Shown here piece by piece: positions 1-8,711 of a stretch of DNA of 38,408 nucleotides. Numbering within the stretch: position 1 is the first letter of the stretch; the number at the start of each line of letters is the position of its first letter. The notes under the pieces were generated by a model, which saw nothing but the letters and a program-made list of their open reading frames with translations, was not told the DNA's origin and ran no database searches. Both the position numbers and the translations under genes were made by a program. Source of the DNA: Pseudomonadota bacterium (GTDB taxonomy: Bacteria; Pseudomonadota; Gammaproteobacteria; Legionellales; Legionellaceae); assembly GCA_021849905.1 (NCBI GenBank), contig JAJZSG010000001.1, positions 1-38,408 on the forward strand. Reading direction: 5' to 3'.

Positions 1-121
1 TGTTTTGACGTAAGCCATTGACCGGACATTGTCACACTCCATAAGTGATCCATGTCGATTAACAATAGCTATTTAAGACCGGCAATCCTAATTGTCGTCA
101 ACCGGTTAAGATAATTGTCGC

Positions 122-1168
122 CTAATATGAGGGATTAGTAATTGACTGATTTAAATATTCTTCTTTAATGGATTTAAGTTTTGCTTTTCGAAGGAGAGGT
201 TCCATTTGTAGAGGTAGTTCATCCAAAATCATAATTTTAGCTTTTTCGCTGTATTTGTGGAGTTTACTTTTTCCATGAGGAATTTGTATATATAAATCAG
301 GATGATTAATGTTGCATTTCCATATTACGGCGTCTATAAAACCGGAGTTTACTTCGACTGATTTCATTAATGAGGTTTTAGTTAAAGGGTAAGATTTTTT
401 GTAGTCCGGCACACTCACAATTCCATGTTTCAATTCAATTTGTTTTTCCACAAAGTACGCATTTCCCCCCTTTTTTTCCTCAGTAGTCAAAGAGCCCTTT
501 TTAATCCAGTTAATATTATTTACAGTTTCGTTTGCTAAGAATACTGAAGCAGCTGTGTTCTCACCACATAAATCTACAGCTGAAGAAATTGCTGCCTTAT
601 CAAGGCCCACTTCGTGGAGAATGGTTATGTTTTGGACTAGGGCCTGAAAGTTATGATTCAATTGATCATCTAATATTTTTTTAAGTTCGGCATATTTGAT
701 TTCCTCCGTAGCCGAGCTGTAGCGGTAATATATCGCACCGGTTCTCAAAATTTCGTCCATTTTTTCATCAACAGTCACTTTTTTTTCTTTTTTACAAATA
801 GTAGGCTTATGGATATTAGAATGGGTAGTTATTAACAAAATAAGCTTTTCATTTATTTGTTTTGTTTCGAAATCAAAGGTTATGGCCGGCTCAAAATATT
901 CCTTGAGAAAATTCGCAATAGTTAACTCAGTTGGTAAATGATTATTTTTAATTCCTATTAACTCACGAGGACTATCTTTTATTCCAAAAAACAAAACTCC
1001 CCCATCTCGGTTAGCAAATGAGGCCATGATTTTGGCATATTTTGGCAATTCCTTCGTATCAAAGATAAGTTTGAACTCACGATGTTCGCTTTCTCTGTTT
1101 TTAACAAAATTACCTTGAAGCTCTAAGTATTTATAATTATTTAAATGCTCTAGATCCATTGCGTTCAA
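122..1168 (-). CDS. AlbA_2 / Schlafen-like putative DNA-binding domain protein; C-terminal half unknown
   Basis: 348-aa ORF. The N-terminal segment ESEHREFK...MASFANRDGGVLFFGIKDSPRELIGI fits the E-x-EFK ... AFANxxGGxLxxGV signature of the AlbA_2 domain. The region is very AT-rich. Confidence 0.5.
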   Translation of the reverse strand: MNAMDLEHLNNYKYLELQGNFVKNRESEHREFKLIFDTKELPKYAKIMASFANRDGGVLFFGIKDSPRELIGIKNNHLPTELTIANFLKEYFEPAITFDFETKQINEKLILLITTHSNIHKPTICKKEKKVTVDEKMDEILRTGAIYYRYSSATEEIKYAELKKILDDQLNHNFQALVQNITILHEVGLDKAAISSAVDLCGENTAASVFLANETVNNINWIKKGSLTTEEKKGGNAYFVEKQIELKHGIVSVPDYKKSYPLTKTSLMKSVEVNSGFIDAVIWKCNINHPDLYIQIPHGKSKLHKYSEKAKIMILDELPLQMEPLLRKAKLKSIKEEYLNQSITNPSY

Positions 1169-1272
1169 CTTTATATTTAAGTAATTAAAATTTTAGACCA
1201 TTCAATAGCAAGCTGTTAGGAGCTATGAACATTTTAGTTTTAACGTTGAATACATAGAATTCGGTTATATCG

Positions 1273-1304
1273 CTATGTCTGATTATCAGGATAATCAGAC
1301 ATAG
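1273..1304. promoter_or_regulatory. Near-perfect 32-bp palindrome (ctatgtctgattatc-ag-gataatcagacatag) between the two left-end genes
   Basis: 15-bp arms read directly from the sequence. It lies about 105 bp upstream of the 122..1168 ORF start. There is no adjacent T-run, so an operator is more likely than a terminator. Confidence 0.4.
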
Positions 1305-1358
1305 TATAAGTTATTGAATAATATAAATAATTTGAGATAGTTGTAATTAAAGTTGGTG

Positions 1359-1388
1359 AAAAAAGTACCCTTCACTCTTCAGGGTACT
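1359..1388 (-). terminator. Rho-independent terminator candidate downstream of the 143-aa gene
   Basis: On the minus strand: 8-bp stem AGTACCCT/AGGGTACT, 9-nt loop, followed directly by a run of 6 T (plus-strand aaaaaa at 1359-1364). It sits about 40 nt after the stop at 1427. Confidence 0.55.
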
Positions 1389-1426
1389 ATTGTGAGTATC
1401 ACAAAATATGGATTAAATTATAGTTA

Positions 1427-1858
1427 TTAAGTCAAGCGTTCTAGATTTTGAATAATAAGGGAATTAATTTGTGCTTTATTAAAATTTGGACAGTATCTAG
1501 GGTAAGTTCGATCGAGACCATATGACCACTTTTCTAATTTTTTGTGATCATACTCTTTCATATCCTCGATGAAATAATTTTCAGGATAAGCCTTTTCGTT
1601 ATGAATACCTATGCCACCATCATATAGCTCCCCTGTGGGAAGACGAATTGCGATATGCCAACATTCATCGATAGTTTCCATTATAAAAACGATATGCACT
1701 TTATCTTCAAATCGATAATTCCATGCATCAAAAAACAACTTGGCAAATACACCACATGGGCCGTAATTAATTCGTGGTATGTCTTCGTGAAAGCCTAAAA
1801 GAGAATTAACATCTTCTTTGAGATCGGTCAAAACTTCCTTTAAATATTTTTTATTCAT
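1427..1858 (-). CDS. Hypothetical 143-aa protein; possible minimal transglutaminase-like/papain-fold Cys-His-Asp enzyme
   Basis: Clean ORF followed by a terminator. GPCGVFAKLF ... CWHIAIRL ... LYDGG gives a C..H..D order and spacing reminiscent of the transglutaminase-like core (GxCxxFAxLF ... HAW ... D). Confidence 0.55.
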   Translation of the reverse strand: MNKKYLKEVLTDLKEDVNSLLGFHEDIPRINYGPCGVFAKLFFDAWNYRFEDKVHIVFIMETIDECWHIAIRLPTGELYDGGIGIHNEKAYPENYFIEDMKEYDHKKLEKWSYGLDRTYPRYCPNFNKAQINSLIIQNLERLT

Positions 1859-1933
1859 AAGGTCCGAATTTAAAAAATTATTACATCATGTGTTTGGCAA
1901 CATAAGCACTGCAATGGATTTCGGCGATAGGTA

Positions 1934-2170
1934 CTAAACTTTTAGGGGATAAAGACAATAAATAAGCAACTGTCTTACAATATCTTCCAATGGAATCTTT
2001 TCCGAATTATCCCACTCTGTATCTTTAGTCATAGCTGTATCAACGACACTCGGGCAAATAGCCGTTATCTTAACGCCTAAAGAAGCATATTTTTTATGTA
2101 AACTATCTGATAAACCAACTACTGCATATTTACTCGCTGAGTATCCCGCTGTTTGGGACACCCCTCGCAA
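1934..2170 (-). pseudogene. 3' remnant of a short-chain dehydrogenase/reductase (SDR) gene
   Basis: Contains the SDR catalytic YxxxK region (AGYSASKYAVVGLSDSL...GVKITAICPSVVDTAMT). The frame is closed by a stop only about 6 codons upstream of the called TTG start, so the roughly 140-aa Rossmann N-terminus is missing. Confidence 0.7.
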
Positions 2171-2314
2171 CGGTATTGCAACCCATTAAAACCATTTAAA
2201 ATCAGTGTGTTATGATAATATATGGATTTTAAAAACATCCAAAAAACACGTTTTCTCAATGGTGTGCATCCACTACTTCATATAAAACAGATAGTTACAT
2301 AAAATCAACCCCTG

Positions 2315-2432
2315 ATCCACACCCAATGAACCCCTAATCCACACCCCATTTATTGACCTTTAAAAACACACGCACACCCAATCCACCCCTTGATTTTTAG
2401 CCTAAATTTATTTGCACACCCAATCCACACCC
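2315..2432 (+). repeat. Four direct copies of ATCCAC(A)CCC, two of them inside an 18-bp unit gCACACCCAATCCACaCCC
   Basis: Copies start at 2315, 2337, 2381 and 2423. The spacings of 22, 44 and 42 bp approximate 2, 4 and 4 helical turns. The long units lie at 2372-2389 and 2414-2432. Confidence 0.8.
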
Positions 2433-2440
2433 TATATAAT
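2412..2440 (+). promoter_or_regulatory. Sigma70-like promoter of traM (TTGCAC - 17 bp - TATAAT) with a repeat box filling the spacer
   Basis: -35 at 2412-2417 and -10 at 2435-2440, with an exact 17-bp spacer, 33 nt upstream of the ATG at 2473. Confidence 0.55.
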
Positions 2441-2472
2441 AGACAATATATTCACGTAATATTGAGTTAATT

Positions 2473-2841
2473 ATGCCTAAATCCTATTGTTATCTTAGTC
2501 AAAGAACCATACTTCAGCTGGAGCAAATAAAGCAGGATGAGGGTTATGAGTCAACCTCACAAGTCATGAAGGAAATGATTGATCTTGGTATCCGTGTCTA
2601 CACACAAAATAAAGACGCAGCTAACATGAGCCCAGAAGAAAAAATGCGCCTTGAGAAGGAAGAGGAGTTGAAAGCCCAGCATACTACTTACCTGTTAAGG
2701 TTGCTGGGCTTTAGTACGGATATTTTGCGTTGCGTTTATGATAAAGAAAAACTCAATACACCACATGATACTGCCGAAGATCATATTTCTAATATTAAGA
2801 AAAAAGTTGAAAATTATATTGATGGATATATCAACAATTAG
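2473..2841 (+). CDS. traM: Relaxosome accessory protein TraM-like (ribbon-helix-helix N-terminus)
   Basis: 122 aa. KSYCYLSQRTILQLEQIKQDEG...MKEMIDLGIRVY parallels F TraM KVNLYISNDAYEKINAIIEKRRQEG...MLLELGLRVH (recalled). Size and position next to the candidate oriT also fit. Confidence 0.7.
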   Translation: MPKSYCYLSQRTILQLEQIKQDEGYESTSQVMKEMIDLGIRVYTQNKDAANMSPEEKMRLEKEEELKAQHTTYLLRLLGFSTDILRCVYDKEKLNTPHDTAEDHISNIKKKVENYIDGYINN

Positions 2842-2844
2842 TGA

Positions 2845-5800
2845 TTAACCTATTTCTAAATTTAGTCGCTGTAATGTTTTTGTTTGTTCAATAGGTGGTG
2901 TTTTAATAGGTTGATTATCCAGTTTGATGTCTCTTGTTATGCGCTCCATCGATACTGATATTTGAGTGTTTGTCATGGATATTTTACCACCATTTTCTTT
3001 CAGACTTTCAGGCTTGAATGACTTATTTAAAATATTAATTATACCTGAGACACCTTCACTTTTTACTACATCATTAAAATCGCCATTTTTATTTGGTATG
3101 GCGATTTCGACTTCCTTGCCATGAAGCTTTAGTCGTTTAATTGTTTCATTTAATATCTTGTCATCATGTAACGTCTTACCATCATTATCGAGACAAAGCA
3201 CGACTTTTTCCGTTAACAGATTGATATCGATAGATGTCATGTTTTGCTTTCCAAGAACCGTAATAACCCGCTCATTTTGAACCGCATCCCTAACGCTTAA
3301 TCCAGTTTCAATGCCTTCGGTTATATAGGTTACAGCATCTTTTGTTATGCCCTCGCTAACGATGACACCGGTTCCACCATTTGCTCCATACGTTTTCTTA
3401 TCAATATTAATATTTGCTTTATCAAATGTAGTATTATCAATATAAATGGCTTGAACCGACTGAACCACATTATCTTTATCACGCGCGATACACAGCAATG
3501 CGGGTCGATTTTTTATAGTTTCACTCTTGTCAGTAAATACACTTGGATGAAAACGGATGTTGTGTCCTGATAGGTTAGTAATACCCCGCGTTTCTTTAAG
3601 ATAAATTTCAGCTAAAGTGCCATGAATGGGTAATGATTCTTTTGATAAAAGTCGTGCATAAATTCTCGCTTTGCTGGGTTCGTTCTCATTTTTTTTTGTT
3701 GACTTAACCATGGTTTTTATGGGTGAATGAACTGTTTCCTTTAAATCATCCCCTGTTATTTTTGCCGCATATTCAAGGCTTGATTTAAAATCAAGGTTCA
3801 GTGATGATTGAATTAGATGTAATAAATTGCCTTTCTCCCCCGTTTCAAAATTAAACCATGTTCCTCGTTTATCACCCTGCAAAGAGATGCTTAAGCTACC
3901 CTTTGAACCATACCGCATTTCTTTTTTTGATGTGAGTCTCGCATTCGGTGTTCCCAGTAAATGTTGTACGACATATTCAGCATTTAATGATAAATTATGA
4001 ACAACTTCTTTTGCATCATAACGAGGTTTCTGATCGACATTTTTTGTTACCGCGAGCGTTTTTTCAGCTTGTTTTTCCGTCTCAAAAGACGGTTTATTTT
4101 TTTGTGCCGAGGGGATTATGCCAAGCTCCTCTAGTGCTGATGTTTTATTCGGTGTAAAGCCCAGTTGATGCTTTAATTTATTATAATCATCCGTGTAAAT
4201 CATGGCATGAACCGAGCCGCGCGAGACTGTAATGTAAAAACTTCTAAAATGGTTGGTTTTTTTGTTACCGGTGTTAGCAACACCAATGACAAAAGGTGAT
4301 GAACTTCCTTGAATGGAATAACTGGTTGAGGTGTAGCTGTAATCCCAGTGAGTATCTTTAAATTCATTTTTATGAAGCGTTTGGAGGTTGCCTGATGCGT
4401 CCTTCACCGAGAAGGTATCGTTAGAAACCTCGGTTACGATAAGTTTATCATTTGCAAAACGCGCATTTGCTTTGTCAGACTTTTTAAAATGGATTTTTTC
4501 ACCAACAGATAGCCTCCCTGTCGCCCCCTTAAATAGCTCTATTTTCCAATCTTGATTTTCTTTTTCTGGCAAGAAAATAGACTTTTCGCCCTGCACGTGT
4601 TGAAGTTCGACGACTCGTGACACCTCGTCAATCCCTACCACCTTATAGTATTGATTGTTTTTTTTAAGAAAATAGGTGTCTGGCTTTTTTAATATTTCAG
4701 CAAAGGTTTCTGCCTGGTAAAGCTCTGCGGTGGTGTAATTGGTGCTCAATAACCGCATGAAAGGCTTACTTTCACGGCCTATTGCCGCTTTTTCAATTAA
4801 CCCTTTTCGAATGAGTTGGTTGGCTATTTCGCGGTCTTTGTTTTCATGAATAACCACAATCGTGTTTTCGCGACACTCTGCCGTTCTGGATAGGTAGTCC
4901 TTGACCGCCATGGTTAGTGGCGTTTCATCTTTAACGACATCAACGACTGTATCTACATTTGTCCAAAGAGCTCCCTCGGACGTTGCAATCGGCTTGTTAT
5001 TTTTATGCTCGGCTTCTGAGTCTCCTGCCACAACAACCGACGTTTTGAGGCTATCAAGTACGGGATGTGAGCCTTCTCGCTCAATCGGCTTCAATGGTAA
5101 TTGGCTTAATTGGGTGAGCGCTTTATTCGTATCGCCTTGAATCAACGTTTCAACCGCTTTTTTATATTGTTGTACTTGTTGACGAACCAAATTACTCATC
5201 ACCGCTGTCTGAATGCTTCCTTCTTGCAGTAAAATAGCGGATGGTTTGCCGCTTTCTATCGCCTGGTGTTGGCTAACGTCTCCAAGCAGCGTGCATCGGC
5301 TATTGGCTGCATCTATGAAGCTTACGAGCCTTGCTGCGTCACGATTCGAAACCATCGATGACTCATCCAACAAAACGAGGGATTGACTGGATAACGTCGG
5401 ATTGTCTTCTTGTTCAATTAAAAAACTTTTAAGCGTTTGAGCCGTAATTCCTAATGCACGCATTTCTTTTACAGCTTGGTGAGTGGGGGCTATGGCGATG
5501 ATATCAAGCTGCGTATTGCCAAGCTCATTAGCGGTTTGAATGACCTCAATGACTGATTTCGTCATGGTCGTTTTACCAGTTCCGGCAAAGCCTTGGATCA
5601 TAGTAAAGCGATCACTGGTTGTAGCGATTAAGAGACTTGCCTCTTTTTGCCCTTCTGTAAGTCTCTGCGTGCTCAGTTTTTCCTCTGCACTTTTTAAATC
5701 AAGTATTGGCGTAACTCGGTTTTTACCCGATCTAACCGTCGATAAGATTTGCTCTTCAAATGACTTGGCCTCAATGGTCATAAGCTTACCGTCATCACTA

Positions 5801-8700
5801 CTTAAGAGTCGGCCATCTTGAAGAGAGCGGTTTATCTTTACAGAAAGCTCATCCACATTGGCCTCACCGATTGCTTTGTTCATGGCAACCGTTAACAAAT
5901 CATTTTTAGAGAATACTGTTTCGCGTTCAGACAAATGTGCGATCGCAAATTCCAACGCTTTTTCACTGGCTAAAATATCGGGCTTATCTTTGGTGAGCGT
6001 TGCAATGGCTTTCTCTAAACTTCGCAATAATTCATTTGTCGTTTGGTTATCAATAACCTTGATACCATTTGAAACGCTTGAAGCGTCGATCACGATGGAA
6101 ATAGCCGATGGCTTCACTGATAGCCTTGAGGCATGACGACGAGCCTTTTCAACATCATCGGTAATAATCTCTATGGATTGGCGTGATGTTTCCGTACTTA
6201 ATGCCATGATATTTTTATTTAAGGCATATGACGGCATGGTTAGGATGGTTTTATCAACCGTTTTGTAATCATGCGCGTGTAGGTTTTTAGCATAGGAATA
6301 GGTCAGTGGGAGATGGTTTGTATTCAATAAGTGAATCTCTTTTTGACCTGATTTTAATTTGAGGCCGTAGCGTGTAAAAGCAGTAACTTCATAAGCAGTT
6401 CCGGCTTTTACGCCATAAGGCTTCATATCACTCGTTGTAACCAATTGCTCACCAATGGAAACTGGCAACAGACGCTCTTCATAAACGTGCGACTGTTGAG
6501 TGATGCTTTTGACAGGAAGTAGGGTTTGCCTACCCCCTTCTTCACAGACGACTAGGGAACCTTTTTTTTCATCAATCGAGATAATTTTGAATTGTTGAGT
6601 TTTATGGGGTGATTTCTGGTGCAACACCCACCCGGGTTGATAGCTTTTAGCCGTTTTTTTCTCAATTGCCGTCAAGGAGATAGGCAATAACGTTTTAAGC
6701 TCTTTCTCTATTGTAGATAACGCACCGGCCTCTTTTAATTGATGTCGAATACGCTGATTTACCTCCCAGCTTTCAGCCTTTGAAATGGTTAATACGGCGG
6801 TGTTTTTACGTTCGACATCCGTTAATTTTGTATATTCTGAAGCCACCTTAAGCAGGCGAGCCGTTTTATCATGTGCCTCATGAAGCTGCATATTTGGCGC
6901 ATTTTTAGGCTTGTCAAACGCTTGATAGGTTAATACGGCGGCCTTATCCAAAAGACTTGGAATATCGGATTTCAACCCAGTGAGTCCTTCTGATTTTTCA
7001 AGTAGAATGACTTTGGCGCGACTCTTTGACGCAATCGATAATAATTGACTTAGCTCGTCGGGCGCACATCGCCCTACATCATCTACAATAATGAGTTCCT
7101 GCTCTTTTCTGGATTTAAAAAAGGGTAATCGGTGCGAGTCTTTGTGCTCATGATTAAAGCCTGCTATTGTTTGGGCAAGCTCACTTTTGTGAAGGGCGCT
7201 TAACCATTGCCAAATAGTTTCTGGTTTTTTGGTGGTTGCTTCATTAACCGATTTAGCAAGCATGCGAGAGGGCGTTAATACTCGAATGGTTTTGGAGTCA
7301 GAAGCATTATCAATGAGGGCAAGCAGGACTTCTTTTGAGGCAATGCTTTGTTGTTGAATTCGAATAATGCTCTGTTTCTCCTCCAAAACGCGTGCCACCG
7401 TATTCTGAATAGACTCTGGGACGTGTTTTGAACAGGTGTTCTTATCGTCTAGCTTCATCCCTTTTTTCTGTGGTGCAACCGTGCTTAATTGTTCAATCAG
7501 GTGTTTCTCTTTGGCGATTAATCCGCTGGTCGTTAAACGGCTCTCTTTATTGTCTAAGGCAATTAAATGCCGCGTTTTAATTTCATGATTGATGTCTTGG
7601 ATGAGCGTGTCATAGCCTACCTCGCCTTGCGAAAAATAAAGGCTTGCTTGAAGTATGTCTTGATATGAAAAACTTAATTTCCGCTCTTCCAGATGGGTTA
7701 TGGCATTGAGAACAACATCGCATCGTTCGTTTGCCGCCCTGTCTTTGCTGATGCTTTTAGAGGCCAGCGTTATTTGTTTTAACTCATTCAAATAGGTCGA
7801 TGGCTCTACACCTAATGCCTGACTCTCGGCAGTCCATTTCGCGCGCAACACATCAGGATTGGTTTCTTTTTTATATTCACGCGTGTCTTTCGCGGCTTTA
7901 TCATACGCTTTTAATGAATTGGAGTGCATGGTTTCTGCCCTCTCTTCAATGTCAGTTCGGCGCTTTGAAAACGTTATTAATAATTCCGGGTTAACATGTT
8001 TGATTTCAAACAGTCCATGAGGGTCTCCCGTTTGCTCGATTTCAAGTCCTTTGGATTTGAGACTCAAAGCAATTTCTGAGCGATAAACCAATCCTAAAAA
8101 AATTTGATTGGCCATGATCCACTCCATCGTGCCATGATTTTTTTTCATATCTGAGGCGAGTGAACGCCATTGTCCATCAAGCCGCTCAGTTAAATTCATC
8201 ATGAGCGCATGGGTATGAAGGAATGGATCTTGGTCACGTGAGGTATCATGCAGGATAGTAGCGAAGGCAAGGTTCATGGTTTTTTCATATTCTACCTCAC
8301 CCGACAACCCCATTTTACGTGCTTCTGCGGCCTCCTTTTCGATAATCTGCAATACTTTTTGAACTGCCCTTTGGTGCATATCAATAAAGTCTTTCTCACC
8401 CGAAACGAGCGCCAAATACGATACTGATTTTGGTGCACAAAAAGTTAAGTCGTAGCCTCCGCGGTGTTTGATTTCGCCATTGGCAGATCGAAGGCCAATA
8501 ATCTCGCCAGTCGGTAACACACCGCTTAAAATCATTTCGAGTTGCTCAGGACTCACTCGTTCACCTAATTCAAGCTTTAATGCACTTTGTCCTTGCCAGG
8601 CAGCTATGAGCTCTCCCGTGAAATAATAGTTATCTTTTGAAAAATAATAACGTGCTGCATCACTAGCTTGACGGATTGGTTTTACTCGTAGACTTAACAT
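2845..8700 (-). CDS. traI: TraI relaxase-helicase (MOB-F) with additional C-terminal primase-like/Toprim domain
   Basis: 1951 aa. N-terminal YY motifs and the histidine triad HDTSRDQDPFLHTHALMMN are present. There is a RecD-like helicase region with Walker A GFAGTGKTT. The C-terminus has RYGSKGSLSISLQGDKRGTWFNFETGEKGNLLHLI, then Toprim motifs EGIETGLS and LDNDGK. An AAGGAG SD lies 7 nt before the ATG. Confidence 0.95.
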   Translation of the reverse strand: MLSLRVKPIRQASDAARYYFSKDNYYFTGELIAAWQGQSALKLELGERVSPEQLEMILSGVLPTGEIIGLRSANGEIKHRGGYDLTFCAPKSVSYLALVSGEKDFIDMHQRAVQKVLQIIEKEAAEARKMGLSGEVEYEKTMNLAFATILHDTSRDQDPFLHTHALMMNLTERLDGQWRSLASDMKKNHGTMEWIMANQIFLGLVYRSEIALSLKSKGLEIEQTGDPHGLFEIKHVNPELLITFSKRRTDIEERAETMHSNSLKAYDKAAKDTREYKKETNPDVLRAKWTAESQALGVEPSTYLNELKQITLASKSISKDRAANERCDVVLNAITHLEERKLSFSYQDILQASLYFSQGEVGYDTLIQDINHEIKTRHLIALDNKESRLTTSGLIAKEKHLIEQLSTVAPQKKGMKLDDKNTCSKHVPESIQNTVARVLEEKQSIIRIQQQSIASKEVLLALIDNASDSKTIRVLTPSRMLAKSVNEATTKKPETIWQWLSALHKSELAQTIAGFNHEHKDSHRLPFFKSRKEQELIIVDDVGRCAPDELSQLLSIASKSRAKVILLEKSEGLTGLKSDIPSLLDKAAVLTYQAFDKPKNAPNMQLHEAHDKTARLLKVASEYTKLTDVERKNTAVLTISKAESWEVNQRIRHQLKEAGALSTIEKELKTLLPISLTAIEKKTAKSYQPGWVLHQKSPHKTQQFKIISIDEKKGSLVVCEEGGRQTLLPVKSITQQSHVYEERLLPVSIGEQLVTTSDMKPYGVKAGTAYEVTAFTRYGLKLKSGQKEIHLLNTNHLPLTYSYAKNLHAHDYKTVDKTILTMPSYALNKNIMALSTETSRQSIEIITDDVEKARRHASRLSVKPSAISIVIDASSVSNGIKVIDNQTTNELLRSLEKAIATLTKDKPDILASEKALEFAIAHLSERETVFSKNDLLTVAMNKAIGEANVDELSVKINRSLQDGRLLSSDDGKLMTIEAKSFEEQILSTVRSGKNRVTPILDLKSAEEKLSTQRLTEGQKEASLLIATTSDRFTMIQGFAGTGKTTMTKSVIEVIQTANELGNTQLDIIAIAPTHQAVKEMRALGITAQTLKSFLIEQEDNPTLSSQSLVLLDESSMVSNRDAARLVSFIDAANSRCTLLGDVSQHQAIESGKPSAILLQEGSIQTAVMSNLVRQQVQQYKKAVETLIQGDTNKALTQLSQLPLKPIEREGSHPVLDSLKTSVVVAGDSEAEHKNNKPIATSEGALWTNVDTVVDVVKDETPLTMAVKDYLSRTAECRENTIVVIHENKDREIANQLIRKGLIEKAAIGRESKPFMRLLSTNYTTAELYQAETFAEILKKPDTYFLKKNNQYYKVVGIDEVSRVVELQHVQGEKSIFLPEKENQDWKIELFKGATGRLSVGEKIHFKKSDKANARFANDKLIVTEVSNDTFSVKDASGNLQTLHKNEFKDTHWDYSYTSTSYSIQGSSSPFVIGVANTGNKKTNHFRSFYITVSRGSVHAMIYTDDYNKLKHQLGFTPNKTSALEELGIIPSAQKNKPSFETEKQAEKTLAVTKNVDQKPRYDAKEVVHNLSLNAEYVVQHLLGTPNARLTSKKEMRYGSKGSLSISLQGDKRGTWFNFETGEKGNLLHLIQSSLNLDFKSSLEYAAKITGDDLKETVHSPIKTMVKSTKKNENEPSKARIYARLLSKESLPIHGTLAEIYLKETRGITNLSGHNIRFHPSVFTDKSETIKNRPALLCIARDKDNVVQSVQAIYIDNTTFDKANINIDKKTYGANGGTGVIVSEGITKDAVTYITEGIETGLSVRDAVQNERVITVLGKQNMTSIDINLLTEKVVLCLDNDGKTLHDDKILNETIKRLKLHGKEVEIAIPNKNGDFNDVVKSEGVSGIINILNKSFKPESLKENGGKISMTNTQISVSMERITRDIKLDNQPIKTPPIEQTKTLQRLNLEIG

Positions 8701-8711
8701 GGTTGCACTCC

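Larger units (their letters stand above)
2171..2472. other. Candidate oriT / relaxosome assembly region
   Basis: Non-coding and AT-rich, directly upstream of the traM-like gene as in F. It holds phased repeats whose minus-strand form GGGTGTGGAT resembles the F nic core (GGGGTGT/GGTGC, from memory). Confidence 0.5.

Noticed and set aside
1-121. Recurrent ATTGTC(A/G) and ACCGG motifs at the left edge
   Set aside because: The segment is short and cut by the window edge. It may belong to a gene or site that lies outside the window, so it cannot be interpreted.
2261-2266. Plus-strand GGTGTG as a possible nic core
   Set aside because: It is a single short match on the strand that, by analogy with F (the transferred strand runs away from traM), is not expected to be nicked. 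The repeated minus-strand GGGTGTGG boxes are better candidates.
1860-2300. Looked for ICE hallmarks (integrase, tRNA target, att direct repeats) at the truncated SDR junction
   Set aside because: I recognised no integrase, tRNA gene or matching direct repeat at the other end of the window. The parA/iteron locus favours a plasmid, so I make no ICE boundary call.
3948-7994. Plus-strand ORFs inside traI (3948..4157, 4901..5140, 5540..5821, 5858..6136, 7800..7994)
   Set aside because: All are antisense to a well-supported 1951-aa gene. They are short and low-complexity, with no SD and no recognisable motifs.
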